NCBI GenBank assembly: GCA_963716255.1
Contig: OY970303.1
Coordinates: forward strand, 7,008,001 to 7,072,000
Direction: 5' to 3'
DNA from: an uncultured Gemmatimonadales bacterium
GTDB lineage: Bacteria > Gemmatimonadota > Gemmatimonadetes > Longimicrobiales > Longimicrobiaceae
DNA: 64,000 nt
Shown: piece by piece, positions 48,175-60,300 of the stretch
Layout: each line of letters starts with the position of its first letter
Position numbering within the stretch: position 1 is the stretch's first letter
Notes under the pieces: generated by a model
Told to the model about the DNA's origin: nothing
Seen by the model: only the letters and a program-made list of their open reading frames with translations
Database searches by the model: none
Program-made: the position numbers and the translations under genes

Positions 48175-51100
48175 ATGGAAAACGTCGAGAGCATCTTTCC
48201 GCTGGGCCCCATGCAGGAGGCGATCCTGCTGCAGGAGCTGGGAGCCGGGGCCACCGGCGAGTACGTGGAGCAGGCGGGCTGGACGGTGCTCGGCCCCTTC
48301 GCCGCCGACGCCTTCGCGCGCGCGTGGGAGCGCGCGGTCCGGCGCCACCCGGCGCTGCGCAGTGTCTTCTTCTGGGACGGGCTGGACGCCCCGGTGCAGG
48401 TGGTGCGGCGCCGGGCGGAGCTGCGCACGGAAACGCTCGACTGGCGCGGCGTGGACCCCCGGGAGCAGGAGGCCCGGCTGGCGGAGCTGCGCGCGGCGCA
48501 CCGGCGCGACGGCTTCGACGTTTCGGCCGCGCCGCCGCTGCGCCTGGCCCGGGTGCGGACCGGCGACGAGGAGCACCGCTTCGTGTGGAGCTACCACCAC
48601 CTCCTCCTCGACGGCTGGTCGGTGACGCTCCTGCTGCGCGAGGTGCTGGCCGCGTACGACGCCTTCTGCCGCGGCGAGGAGCCGCCGGAGGCGCCGGTCC
48701 CGCCGCCGGCGGCCTACCACGCCTGGCTGCGCGGCCGGAGCCCGGCCGAGGCGGAGGCGTTCTGGCGCGCGGAGCTGGCGGGGCTGGACGCGCCCGCCCG
48801 GCTCCCGGGTCCGCGCGGCGCGGAAGGGGCGGCCGGGCGCTTCGGGGCGCGGGTGCTCCCCGTGGACCCGTCGCTGGCCGCGGGGCTGCGGGCGGCGGCG
48901 CGGCGGCACCGGGTGACGCTCCAGACGGTGCTGCAGGGCGCCTGGGCGATCCTGCAGGCGCGCTACGCCGGGGAGGACGACGTGGTGCTGGGGATGCTCA
49001 GCACCGGCCGCTCGGCGGGGGTTCCCGGCGCGGAGGCCATGCTGGGGCTCTTCATCAACGCGTTCGCGGTCCGGGTGCGCGTGGACGCGGGGGAGGGGCT
49101 GGGCGCGTGGCTGCGGGGGCTCCAGGCGGCGCACGCCCGGGCGAGCGGGTTCGAGCACGTGGCCCCCGCCCTGGTGCGGGGGTGGAGCGGGCTGCCGGCC
49201 GGGGAGCGGCTCTTCGACACGCTGTTCGTCCTCCAGGACCTCCCGGACTCCCAGTTCGAGGGGGCGCGCGTCGGGGACCAGGAGGTGCGCGACTTCCGGC
49301 GGCACGAGAGCGACGACCCGCTGGGGTACGCCGCGCTCCTGGAGGCGCGGATCGTGGGGGAGGGGCTGGAGCTGGTGCTGCGCTGGGACGAGGGGCGGGT
49401 GGACGGGGATCTCCTCGCCGGCGCCGCCGGGCACCTCGCGGCGGTCCTCGCGGCGATGGCGGCCCCCGGCGAGCCGCGCGTGGGCGAGCTCCCCCTGCTG
49501 GGCGAGGCGGAGCGCGCCCGGCTGCTGCGGGCGGGGCAGGGCCCCTCCGCGGCGTACCCGGAGGCGCCGGTCCACCGGCTGGTGGCCGCGCAGGCCGCCC
49601 GCACCCCGGCCGCGCCGGCCGTCGTCCACGGCGGCCGGGCGCTCACCTACGCCGCGCTGCATCGCGAGGCGGGCCGCGTCGCGGCCGCCCTGCGTGCCCG
49701 CGGCGTGGGCCCCGGGTCGCGGGTGGCGGTCTGCCTGGAGCGCTCCGCCGAGCTGGCGGTCGCCCTGCTGGGCGTTCTCCGCGCCGGGGCCGCGTTCGTC
49801 CCCCTCGACCCGGCCTACCCGCGCGAGCGTATCGCCCGTCTCCTGGCCGGCTGCGGCGCCCGGGCGGTCCTCGCCGCCGCCGGGACGGCCGGCGCGCTCC
49901 CGGCGGACGGCCCGGAGCCGATCCTGCTGGACGTGGACTTCGCCCCCGGGGCCGGCGGCGGAGCGGACGACGGAGCGGACGACGGCGTGGAGATGGACCT
50001 GGACCACCTGGCGTACGTCATCCACACCTCGGGCTCCACCGGCGCGCCCAAGGGCGTGATGCTCTCGCACCGCTCGCTGGTCTGCTACGCGGACGCCATG
50101 CGCGCGCACCTGGCCCTGGGGCCCGCCGACCGCGTGCTGCAGTTCGCCTCGCCTGCCTTCGACGTGATGGTGGAGGAGGTCTTCCCGGCGCTCCTGGCCG
50201 GCGCCTGCGTGGTCTTTCCCGGGGGCGGCCTGCTCGGCTCGCCCGGGGAGCTGGACCGCGTGCTGCGGACGGAGCGGATCACCGTGGTGGAGCTGCCCAC
50301 GGCGTTCTGGCACGAGTGGGTGCGGAGCCTCGCCGAAGAGGGAGCCGCGCCGCCGGCGGGTCTGCGGCTGGTGCTGATGGGAGGCGAGCGCGTGCTGCCC
50401 GGGCGCATGGCCGAGTGGGCGCGCCTGGGGGTGCCGCTGGTTCACGTCTTCGGCCTGACGGAAACGGCGGTGACCTCGACGACGCTGCGCCTGGAGCCGG
50501 GCGACGACGGCTCGCGGTGGGCCGGCCTGCCGGTGGGGCGGGCGCTGCCCAACGTGCGGCTGTACGTGCTGGACGGCGAGCGGCAGCCGGTGCCGGCGGG
50601 CGTGGTGGGCGAGCTGTACGTGGGGGGCGACGGGGTGGCGCGCGGCTACCTGGGGCGGCCGGAGCTGACGGCCGCGCGCTTCGTGCCGGACCCGTACGGC
50701 GGGGCGGGCTCGCGGCTCTACCGGACGGGGGACCGGGTGCGCTGGCTCGCCGACGGCAACCTGGAGTTCGTGGGGCGGTTCGACGACCAGGCAAAGGTGC
50801 GCGGCTTCCGCGTCGAGCCGGCGGAGATCGAGGCGGCGCTGGCGGAGCACCCGGCGGTGCGGGAGGCGGCGGTCGTGGTGCGCGAGGATGCGCCGGGGGA
50901 CAAGCGGCTGGTGGGCTACGTGGTGCCGGCGGCGTGCCACGGCGCGGGCGGCGGCGGGACGTGCGTCCCGCCGGAGGAGCTGCGCCGGCACCTGCGAGAG
51001 CGGCTGCCGGAGCACATGGTGCCGGGGGCGTTCGTGGCGCTGGAAAGCCTTCCGCTCACGCCCAACGGCAAGCTGGACCGGCGCGCGCTCCCGGCGCCGG

Positions 51101-51355
51101 CGCACGGGCCGGCGGAGGAAGGCTACGCGGCGCCGGGGACGCCGGCCGAGGAGGTGCTGGCGGGGATCTGGGGCGAGGTGCTGGGCGTGGAGCGGGTGGG
51201 GGTGAGGGACAGCTTCTTCTCGCTGGGCGGCCACTCGCTGCTGGCCATGCGGGTGGTGTCGCGCGTGCGGCAGTCGCTGGGGGTGGAGCTGCCGCTGCGC
51301 GCCCTGTTCGAGGCGCCCACCGTGGAGGCGCTGGCCGGGCGCGTGGACGACCTCC
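48175..51355 (+). other. Gene C module 1 C(DCL-like)-A(basic residue?)-T
   Basis: C has [12 protein letters not shown]. Pocket DVEELGVVT has two acidic side-chain positions. The A5 motif is the variant HVFGLTE. Confidence 0.65.
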
Positions 51356-54300
51356 GCCGCGCCGGGTCCACCGCGGCGCCCCCCGTCGAGCGGCTCTTCG
51401 ATGCGCGCGAGGGGCCGGTCCGCGCGTCGTTCGCGCAGCAGCGGCTGTGGCTGGTGGACCGGATGGAGCCGGGGAGCCCCGCGTACAACATGCCCGCCGC
51501 GCTGCGGCTGCGCGGCGCGCTGGACGTGCGCGCGCTCCGGCGGAGCCTGGACGCGCTGGTGGCGCGGCACGAGACGCTGCGCACCACCTTCGCGGAGCGG
51601 GGCGGCGAGCCCGTGCAGGTGATCCACGCCGCCGCCCCCGTGCCGCTGGGGGTCGTGGAGGTGGCGGACGAGGCCGCGGCGGCGCGCCTCGCCGCGGAGG
51701 AGGCGCTGCGCCCCTTCGACCTGGCGGCCGGTCCGCTGCTGCGCTGCACGCTCCTGCGCCTGGGCGCGGAGGACCACGTGGTGCTCTTCACGCTCCACCA
51801 CGTGGTGGGCGACGGGTGGAGCATGGACGTGCTGGTGCGCGAGGTGTCCGCGCTCTACGGCGCGCTCGTCCGGGGCGCGGAGCCGGCGCTCCCGGAGCTG
51901 CCGGTGCAGTACGCCGACTTCGCGGCCTGGCAGCGCGCCTGGCTCTCGGGCGGCGTACTGGAGGCGCAGGTGGAGTGGTGGAGGGAGCGGCTGGCGGGGG
52001 CGCCGCCGCTGCTGGAGGTCCCCACGGACCGGCCGCGCGCGGCGGGGCCGGGTGGGCCCTCGGGAACCGTGCCGCTGGTGCTTTCCCCGGAGCTCACGCG
52101 GGAGCTGCGGGCGCTCTCGCGCCGCGAGGGCGCCACGCTGTTCATGACCGTGCTTGCCGCCTGGCAGGCGCTGCTGGGGCGATACGCGGGGCAGGACGAC
52201 GTGGTCGTGGGAACGCCCGTCGCCGGACGGGCGCGAATCGAGCTGGAGGGGCTGATCGGCTTCTTCGTCAACATGCTCGCCCTGCGCGCCGACCTGGCCG
52301 GCGACCCGGACTGGGCCGCTCTGCTGGGGCGGACCCGGGAGGCGGCGCTGGGGGCGTACGCCCACCAGGACCTCCCCTTCGAGCGCCTGGTGGAGGAGGT
52401 CGCGGCCGAGCGGAGCCTGACGCACTCGCCGGTCTTCCAGGCGGCTTTCTCGCTGGAGCGGGCGCCCGGGGACGGCGAGCGGCTGTCGCTGGGTCCGGTG
52501 GAGGCGGAGCCGTTCGGCGCCGTCGCGGGCATCGCCAAGTCCGACCTCAACCTGGGGATGCTGGACGACGGGGAGTCGCTGGGCGGGCAGCTGGAGTACC
52601 GGACCGCGCTGTGGGAGGCCCGGAGCGCCGAGCGCATGGCCGGGCACCTGGTTCTCCTCCTGGAAGCGATGGCGGCGGACCCTGCCGGCCGCGTCGCCGG
52701 GGTGCCGCTGCTGCGCGGAACCGAGCGCGCGCAGGTGCTGGAGGCGTGGCAGGGCGCCCGCGCCGCGTTCCCGCGCCTTCCCGTGCACCGCCTGGTCGCC
52801 GGGCAGGCGCTCCGCGCTCCCGGCGCGGCCGCCGTCGCGGACGGCGGCCGCGTCCTCGCCTACGGCGAGCTGGACCGGGAGGCCGGCCGCGTCGCCCGCG
52901 CCCTCCGCGCGCGCGGCGTGGGCCCCGAGACGCGCGTCGCGGTGTGCCTGGAGCGGTCCGCCGAGCTGGCCGTCGCCCTCCTGGGGGTCCTGCGCGCCGG
53001 GGGCGCCTACGTCCCCCTGGACCCCGGCTACCCCCCCGAGCGCCTGGCCTTCCTGCTGGCCGACAGCGGCGCCCGGGTGGTCCTCACCCGCGGCGGCCTC
53101 GCCGGCCTCCTCCCCGGGGACGGCCCCGAGCGCATCCTCCTCGACGCCCTCGACGCCGCCGACGTCCCCGGCTGCGCCGACATCCCCGACTGCCCCGGAG
53201 CGCTCGTCGGCGGGGCGGACGTCGACCCGGACCAGCTGGCCTACGTCGTCTACACCTCGGGCTCCACCGGCGCTCCCAAGGGGGTGATGGTCTCCCACGC
53301 GTCGCTGGCGCACATGGTGGCGTGGCACGCCGATGCCTTCGGCGTCACCGCCGCGGACCGCGCCTCCCTGGCGGTGTCGCCGGGCTTCGACGCGTCGGTG
53401 ATGGAGATCTGGCCCTTTCTCGCGCGGGGAGCCTCGCTATACCCCGTCCCGGAGGACGCCCGCCTGGATCCCGGGGCGATGCGCGGCTTCCTCCTGCGGC
53501 AGGGGATCACCGTCGCCACCCTGCCCCCGGCGCTGGCCGAGGGGCTGACGGGGATGGAGTGGCCGCTGGACACGACGCTGCGCCTGCTCCTGTGCGGCGG
53601 CGACGTGCTGAGGACGCGTCCCCGGCCCGGGCTCCCCTTCGCGCTTGTGAACTGCTACGGCCCCACCGAGGGGACGGTGAACACCGCCGTGGGGGAGGTG
53701 TCCCCGGCCGGCGACTCCCTGCCGCCGCTCGGCCGTCCCATTGCTCGGGTGCGCGTCCACGTGCTCGACGGGCACGGGGAGCCGGTCCCGGTGGGGGTGC
53801 CGGGCGAGCTGTTCATCGGCGGGGCGGGGGTGGCGCGCGGATACGCCGGGCGCCCGGAGCTCACGGCGGAGCGCTTCGTCCCCGACTCGTTCGGGAGCGA
53901 GCCGGGCGCGCGGACGTACCGCTCGGGCGACCGCGTGCGCTGGCTGGCTTCCGGCGAGCTGGAGTTCCTGGGGCGCGCCGACCAGCAGGTCAAGGTGCGC
54001 GGCTTCCGCGTGGAGCTGGGCGAGGTGGAGGCGGCGCTGCTGGCGCATCCCTCGGTCGTCGCGGCGGCGGCGGCCGTGCGGGAGGCGGGGGGCGGGGAGA
54101 AGCGGCTGGTGGGCTACGTCGTCGCGGCGGGGGCGGAGGCCGCGGGCGCGGACGTGCGCGCGTGGCTGCGGGACCGCCTCCCCGAGCCCATGGTCCCCTC
54201 CGCGGTGGTGGTGCTGCAGCGGCTTCCCCTGGGCGCCAACGGCAAGCTGGACCGGCGCGCCCTCCCGGCCCCCCGGTGGGAGGACGGAGCGGGCCACGTC

Positions 54301-57300
54301 GCCCCTCGCACGCCCGCGGAGGAGGTGCTGGGCGGGATCTGGGCGGAGGTGCTGGGACGTGAGCGGGTGGGCGCGGACGCGGACTTCTTCGAGGCCGGCG
54401 GGCACTCGCTCCTGGCCGCGCAGGTGGCGGCGCGGGTGCGGGAAGCGTTCGGCGTGGAGCTGCCGCTGCGGGCGGTGTTCGAGGCGCCCACGCTCGCCGG
54501 GCTGGCCGCGCGCATCGAGGCGCTGGGCCGGGAGGGGGATGCGGACGGCGCGCCGCCCATCGGGCGGGTGCCGCGCGACGGGGGGCCGCTCCCTGCGTCG
54601 TTCGCGCAGCGGCGGCTGTGGCTGGTGGACCGGCTGGAGCCGGGGAGCCCCGCCTACAACATGCCCGCCGCGCTGCGGCTGCGGGGCCGGCTGGACGTGC
54701 GGGCCTTCGGGCGGAGCCTGGACGCCCTGGTGGCGCGGCACGAGACGCTGCGCACCACGCTCGCGGAGCATGGCGGCGAGCCGGTGCAGGTCATCCACGC
54801 ACCCGGTCCCGTGCCGCTGGGGGTCGTGGACGTCGCGGACGAGGCCGGGGCGGCGCGCCTGGCCGCGGAGGAGGCGGCGCGCCCCTTCGACCTGGCCGCC
54901 GGTCCGCTGCTGCGCTGCACGCTGCTGCGCCTGGGCGCGGACGACCACGTGGTGCTCTTCACGCTCCACCACGTGGTCAGCGACGGCTGGAGCATGGGCG
55001 TGCTGGTGCGCGAGGTGTCCGCGCTCTACGGCGCGCTCGTCCGGGGCGGGGAGCCGCGCCTCCCGGAGCTGCCGGTGCAGTACGCCGACTTCGCCGCCTG
55101 GCAGCGGGCCCGGCTCTCGGGCGAGGCGCTGGAGGCGCAGCTCGGCTGGTGGAGGGAGCGGCTGGCGGACGCCCCGCCACTGCTGGAGATCCCCACGGAC
55201 CGCCCCCGCGCGGCCGGGACGGCGGCGGGGGCCGGTGTCCACCGCTTCGCCCTGGCGTCCGGGGTGTCGGACGGGCTGCGGGCGCTGTCGCGCCGCGAGG
55301 GCGCCACGCTGTTCATGACCGTGCTGTCCGCCTGGCAGGCGCTGCTGGGGCGCCACGCCGGGCAGGACGACGTGGTCGTGGGGACCCCCGTGGCGGGGCG
55401 GACGCGCACGGAGCTGGAGGGGCTGATCGGCTTCTTCGTCAACATGCTCGCCCTGCGCGCCGACCTGTCCGGCGACCCGGACTGGGCCGGGCTGCTGGGG
55501 CGCATCCGCGAAACGGCGCTGGGGGCGTACGCCCACCAGGAGGTGCCCTTCGAGCGCCTGGTGGAGGAGCTGGTCACGGAGCGCAGCCTGGCGCACGCGC
55601 CGCTCTTCCAGGCGACGTTCGCCCTGGAGCGGGCGCTGTCCGCCCGCGGGGAGCTGTCGCTGGGCGGCGTGCCGATGGAAGCGCTCGGGGCGGGCGCGGC
55701 CGCCGCCAAGTTCGACCTGGAGCTCACCTTCCACGACGACGGCGGAGCGCTCCGCGGCGAGGTCGCCTTCCGCGCGGCGCTCTTCGAGCCCGCGACGATC
55801 GCCGCCCTGGCCTCCCGCCTGGAGGTGCTGCTGGAGGCCATGGCGGCGGGGCCCGGGGCGCGCGTCTCGGAGGCGCCGCTGCTCCGCGGGGCGGAACGCG
55901 CGCGGGTGCTGGAGGAGTGGAGCGCCACCGGCGCCGACCTCCCGCCCGCGTGCGTCCACGAGCGGTTCGCGGAGCAGGCGCGGCGTACCCCGGACGCGGC
56001 CGCCCTGGTCTTCGCGGACGAATCGCTGACCTACGCCGGGCTGGACCGCGCCGCCAACCGGCTGGCGCACGTGCTCCGGCAGCACGGTGTCAGGCCGGAC
56101 GCGCGCGTGGGCGTGTGCCTGGAGCGCTCCCCGGAGATGGTCGTGGCGATGCTGGCGATCCTCAAGGCCGGCGGTGCCTACGCCTACCTCGACCCCGGGC
56201 TGCCCGCGGCGCGCCTGGCGCTGCTCGCGGCGGAGCTGGCCGGGCCCGTGGTGCTCACCCGGGATCCGCTGCGCGACCGCCTCCCCGCCGGCGCGGCGCT
56301 CCTGTGCCTGGACGCGGAGCACGAGCGCGTCGCCCGGGAGCCGGACACCGCGCCCGCGGTGGAGGTCACGCCCGAGCACCTGTGCTACGTCATCTACACC
56401 TCCGGCTCCACCGGCCTCCCCAAGGGCACCGAGGTGCCGCACCGGGCCGTCCCCGGCTTCTTCTGCGGCGTGGAGTACGCCCGCTTCGACGCGGAGCAGG
56501 TGCACCTCCAGCACTCCTCCCCGTCGTGGGACGCGCTGACGCTGGAGCTGTGGCCCGCGCTGCTGACGGGGGGGCGGTGCGTGCTCTACCCGGGGCGGAG
56601 CGCGGACCCGGTCGGCCTGGCGCGGGAGGTGGAGCGCCACGGCGTGACCACGCTGTGGCTGACCGCCGCGCTCTTCAACCTGGTGGTGGACGCGCGCCCG
56701 GAGGTGCTGGACGCGGTGCGGCAGGTGATGACCGGCGGCGAGGCCGTTTCCGCGGCGCACCTGCGGCGGGCGCGCGAGCGCAGCCCGGGGCTGCGCCTGG
56801 TCAACGGCTACGGCCCCAGCGAGTGCACGGTGTTCGCCAGCTGCCACGTGGTGGACGGGGAATCCGCGGGCGGCCGGGTGCCCATCGGGCGGCCGGTGGG
56901 CGACCGGCGGGTGTACGTTCTGGACGCGTGGGGAGAGCCGGTGCCGCCGGGGGTGCCGGGGGAATTGTGCGTGGGCGGCCCGGCGGTGGCGCGGGGATAC
57001 CTGGGGCGGCCGGGGCTCACGGCCGAGAAGTTCGTGCCGGACGCGTTCGGCGCGGCGGGCGGGCGGCTGTACCGCTCGGGCGACCGGGTGCGATGGGCCG
57101 CGCGCGGCGAGCTGGAGTACCTGGGCCGCGCGGACCAGCAGGCAAAGATCCGCGGATTCCGCGTTGAGCCCGGCGAGGTCGAGGCCGCGCTGCTGGAGCA
57201 CGAGCGGGTCCGCGAGGCCTTCGTCGCGGTGCGCGAGGATCCCGCCTTCGGCATGCCGGGCGAAAGGCGCCTGGTGGCCTACGTCGTCGCCGGGGAGGGC

Positions 57301-60300
57301 GCGGACGCCGCCGCGGCGGAGCTGCGGGCGCACCTGCGCGGGCGGCTGCCGGAGTACATGCTGCCGTCGGCGTACGTGGTGCTGGACCGGCTCCCCCTGA
57401 CGCCGAACGGAAAAGTCGACCGGCGCGCGCTCCCGGCCCCGGAGCGGGCCGGGGACGCGCACGCGTACCGCGCGCCCCGCACGCCCGCGGAAGAGGTGCT
57501 GGCGGCGATCTGGGCGGAGACGCTGCGCCTGGAGCGCGTGGGAGCCGAGGACGACTTCTTCGAGCTGGGCGGGCACTCGCTCCTCGCCGCGCAGGTGGTG
57601 TCGCGCGTGCGGGCGGCGCTCGGGGTGGAGCTGCCCCTGCGCGCCGTCTTCGAGGCGCCCACCGTGGCCGCGCTCGCCCGGCGCGTCGAGACGCTCCGCG
57701 GCGACGGCGCGGAGTCCGCCCCCCCGGTCGTGCCGGTCCCGCGGGACCCGCTGCGCCCGCCCCCCGCCTCGTTCGCGCAGCGGCGCCTCTGGTTCATCCA
57801 GCAGATGGACCCGGCGAGCGCCGCCTACAACATGCCGTCCGCCCTGCGGCTCCGCGGCCGGCTGGACCCGCGCGCCATGGCGGGCGCCCTCGCCGACCTG
57901 GCCGCGCGTCACGAGACGCTGCGCACCGTCTTCGCCACGGTGGACGGGGAGCCCGTGCAGGTGGTGGAGCCGCCCGCGCCGCGCCCCCTCCCCGTGCACG
58001 ACCTGCGCGCGCTCGCGGAGGCGGGGCGCGCCGCCGAGGTCCGGAGCCGGGCGCGCGCCGAGGCGATGCTCCCCTTCGACCTGGCGCGCGGGCCGCTGAT
58101 GCGCGCCGCGCTCCTGCGCACGGGCGAGGAGGAGTGGGTGCTCCTCCTCACCCTCCACCACGTGGCGAGCGACGGCTGGAGCACCGCCATCCTGCTGCGC
58201 GAGGTCGCCGCGCTCTACGAGGCGCGCCGGAGCGGGACCGCCGCCGAACTCCCGCCGCTGCCGGTGCAGTACGCCGACTTCGCGGCGTGGCAGCGCGCCT
58301 GGCTCGCCGGCGAGGTCCTGGAGCGGCAGCTGGCCTACTGGCGTGCGCAGCTGGCGGGCGCCCCGCCGGTGCTGGACCTTCCCGTGGACCGGCCGCGGCC
58401 GGCGGTGCAGGGGACCCGCGAGGGGTACCGGGCGCTCGCCGTCCCCGCCTCCACCCTGGCCCCGCTCCGGGCGCTGTCCCGGCGCGAGGGGGCCACGCTC
58501 TTCATGACCTTCCTGGGCGCGTGGCAGCTCCTGCTGGCGCGCTACGCCGGCGAGGACGACGTCAGCGTGGGCACCCCCGTCGCGGGGCGGACGCGGCTGG
58601 AAACGGAGGGGCTGATCGGCTTCTTCGTCAACATGCTCGTGCTGCGCACCGAGCTGCGGATGGAAGGGTCCTTCCCGGAGCTGCTGCGGCAGGTGCGGGA
58701 AGCCACGCTGGGGGCGTTCGCCCACCAGGACATCCCCTTCGAGAAGCTGGTGGAGGAGCTGGCCCCGCAGCGGAGCCTGACGCACGCGCCGCTCTTCCAG
58801 GTGATGTTCGCCCTGCGGAGCCGCGAGCGGGCCGCGCCGTGGAGCGGCTCGCTGCGTATGGAGGCCGTCGAGGACGAGGGCGGCGCCGCCAAGTACGACC
58901 TGACCCTGGAGCTCGCGGAGGGCGGGGACGGGCTGGCCGGGACGATCTCGTACCGCGAGGAACTGTTCGACGCGGCCACCGTGGAGCGGATGGCGGAGCA
59001 CTTCGCCGCGCTCGCGGCCGCCGTCGCCGCGGACCCCGGCCGCCCCCTCGCGGCGATCCCCATGCTCGGCGATGCCGAGCGCCGCCGTCTCGTGGAGGAG
59101 TGGAACGCGACGGAGCGCCCCTTCGACGGCGGCCTGTGCATCCACCAGGCGTTCGAGGCGCAGGCCGCGCGCACGCCGGAAGCGACCGCCCTGGTCTTCC
59201 GGGGCGAGGAGGTCACCTACGCCGCGCTGGACCGCCGCGCCGACCTCCTGGCCCGTGCCCTCCGCCGCCGCGGCGTGGCCGCCGAGTCGCGGGTGGGGGT
59301 GTGCGTGGAGCGCTCGGTGGGGATGGTGGCGGCGCTGCTGGCGGTGCTCAAGGCAGGCGGGGCGTACGTCCCGCTCGACCCGTCCTACCCGCGCGAGCGC
59401 CTGGCGCACGTGGTCCGGGACTCCGGCCTGCGCGTGGCCGTCGCCGGGGAGCGCCAGCGCGCGCTGCTCCCGGAGGGGGTGCAGGTGGTGGGAGTGGACG
59501 AGGTGGACGACGGAGCGTCGCACGGCGACGCGTTTTCGCACTCGCCGTCCCCCGGGAACCTGGCGTACGTCATCTACACCTCCGGCTCCACCGGCCTCCC
59601 CAAGGGCGTGGGCGTCACGCACCGCAACGTGGCGAGCTTCTTCGCGGCGATGGACGAGCGCGTGGGCGGCGGGCCGGGGACGTGGATGGCGGTCACCAGC
59701 ATGTCGTTCGAACATCTCGGTGCTGGAGCTGCTGTGGACGCTGGCGCGCGGCTTCCGCGTGGTGGTGCACCCGGACGGGGGCGCGGCGCCGGCGCGGGCC
59801 CCGCGATCCACGCGGCCGGTGGAGTTCTCGCTCTTCTACTTCGCCAGCGCGGGCGGCGACGCGATGGACGGGTACCGGCTCCTGATGGAGGGAGCGAAGT
59901 TCGCGGACCGCAACGGGTTCGCGGCCGTGTGGACGCCGGAGCGGCACTTCCACGCCTTCGGCGGGCTGTACCCCAACCCGTCGGTGACCGGGGCCGCCGT
60001 GGCCGCGGTGACGGAGCGCGTGGGAATCCGCGCGGGGAGCGTGGTCCTCCCGCTGCACCCGCCGGTGCGGGTGGCGGAGGAGTGGGCGGTGGTGGACGTG
60101 CTGTCGCAGGGGCGGGTGGGGATCTCCTTCGCCTCGGGGTGGCACGCGGACGACTTCGTGCTGGCCCCGGCGAGCTACGCGGACCGCAAGGAGGTCATGC
60201 TCCGCGGCATCGAGGAGGTGCGCGCGCTGTGGCGCGGCGAGGCAGTGCGCATGGTGGGCGGCACCGGCGACGAGGTGGAGGTGCGCACGCTGCCGCGGCC

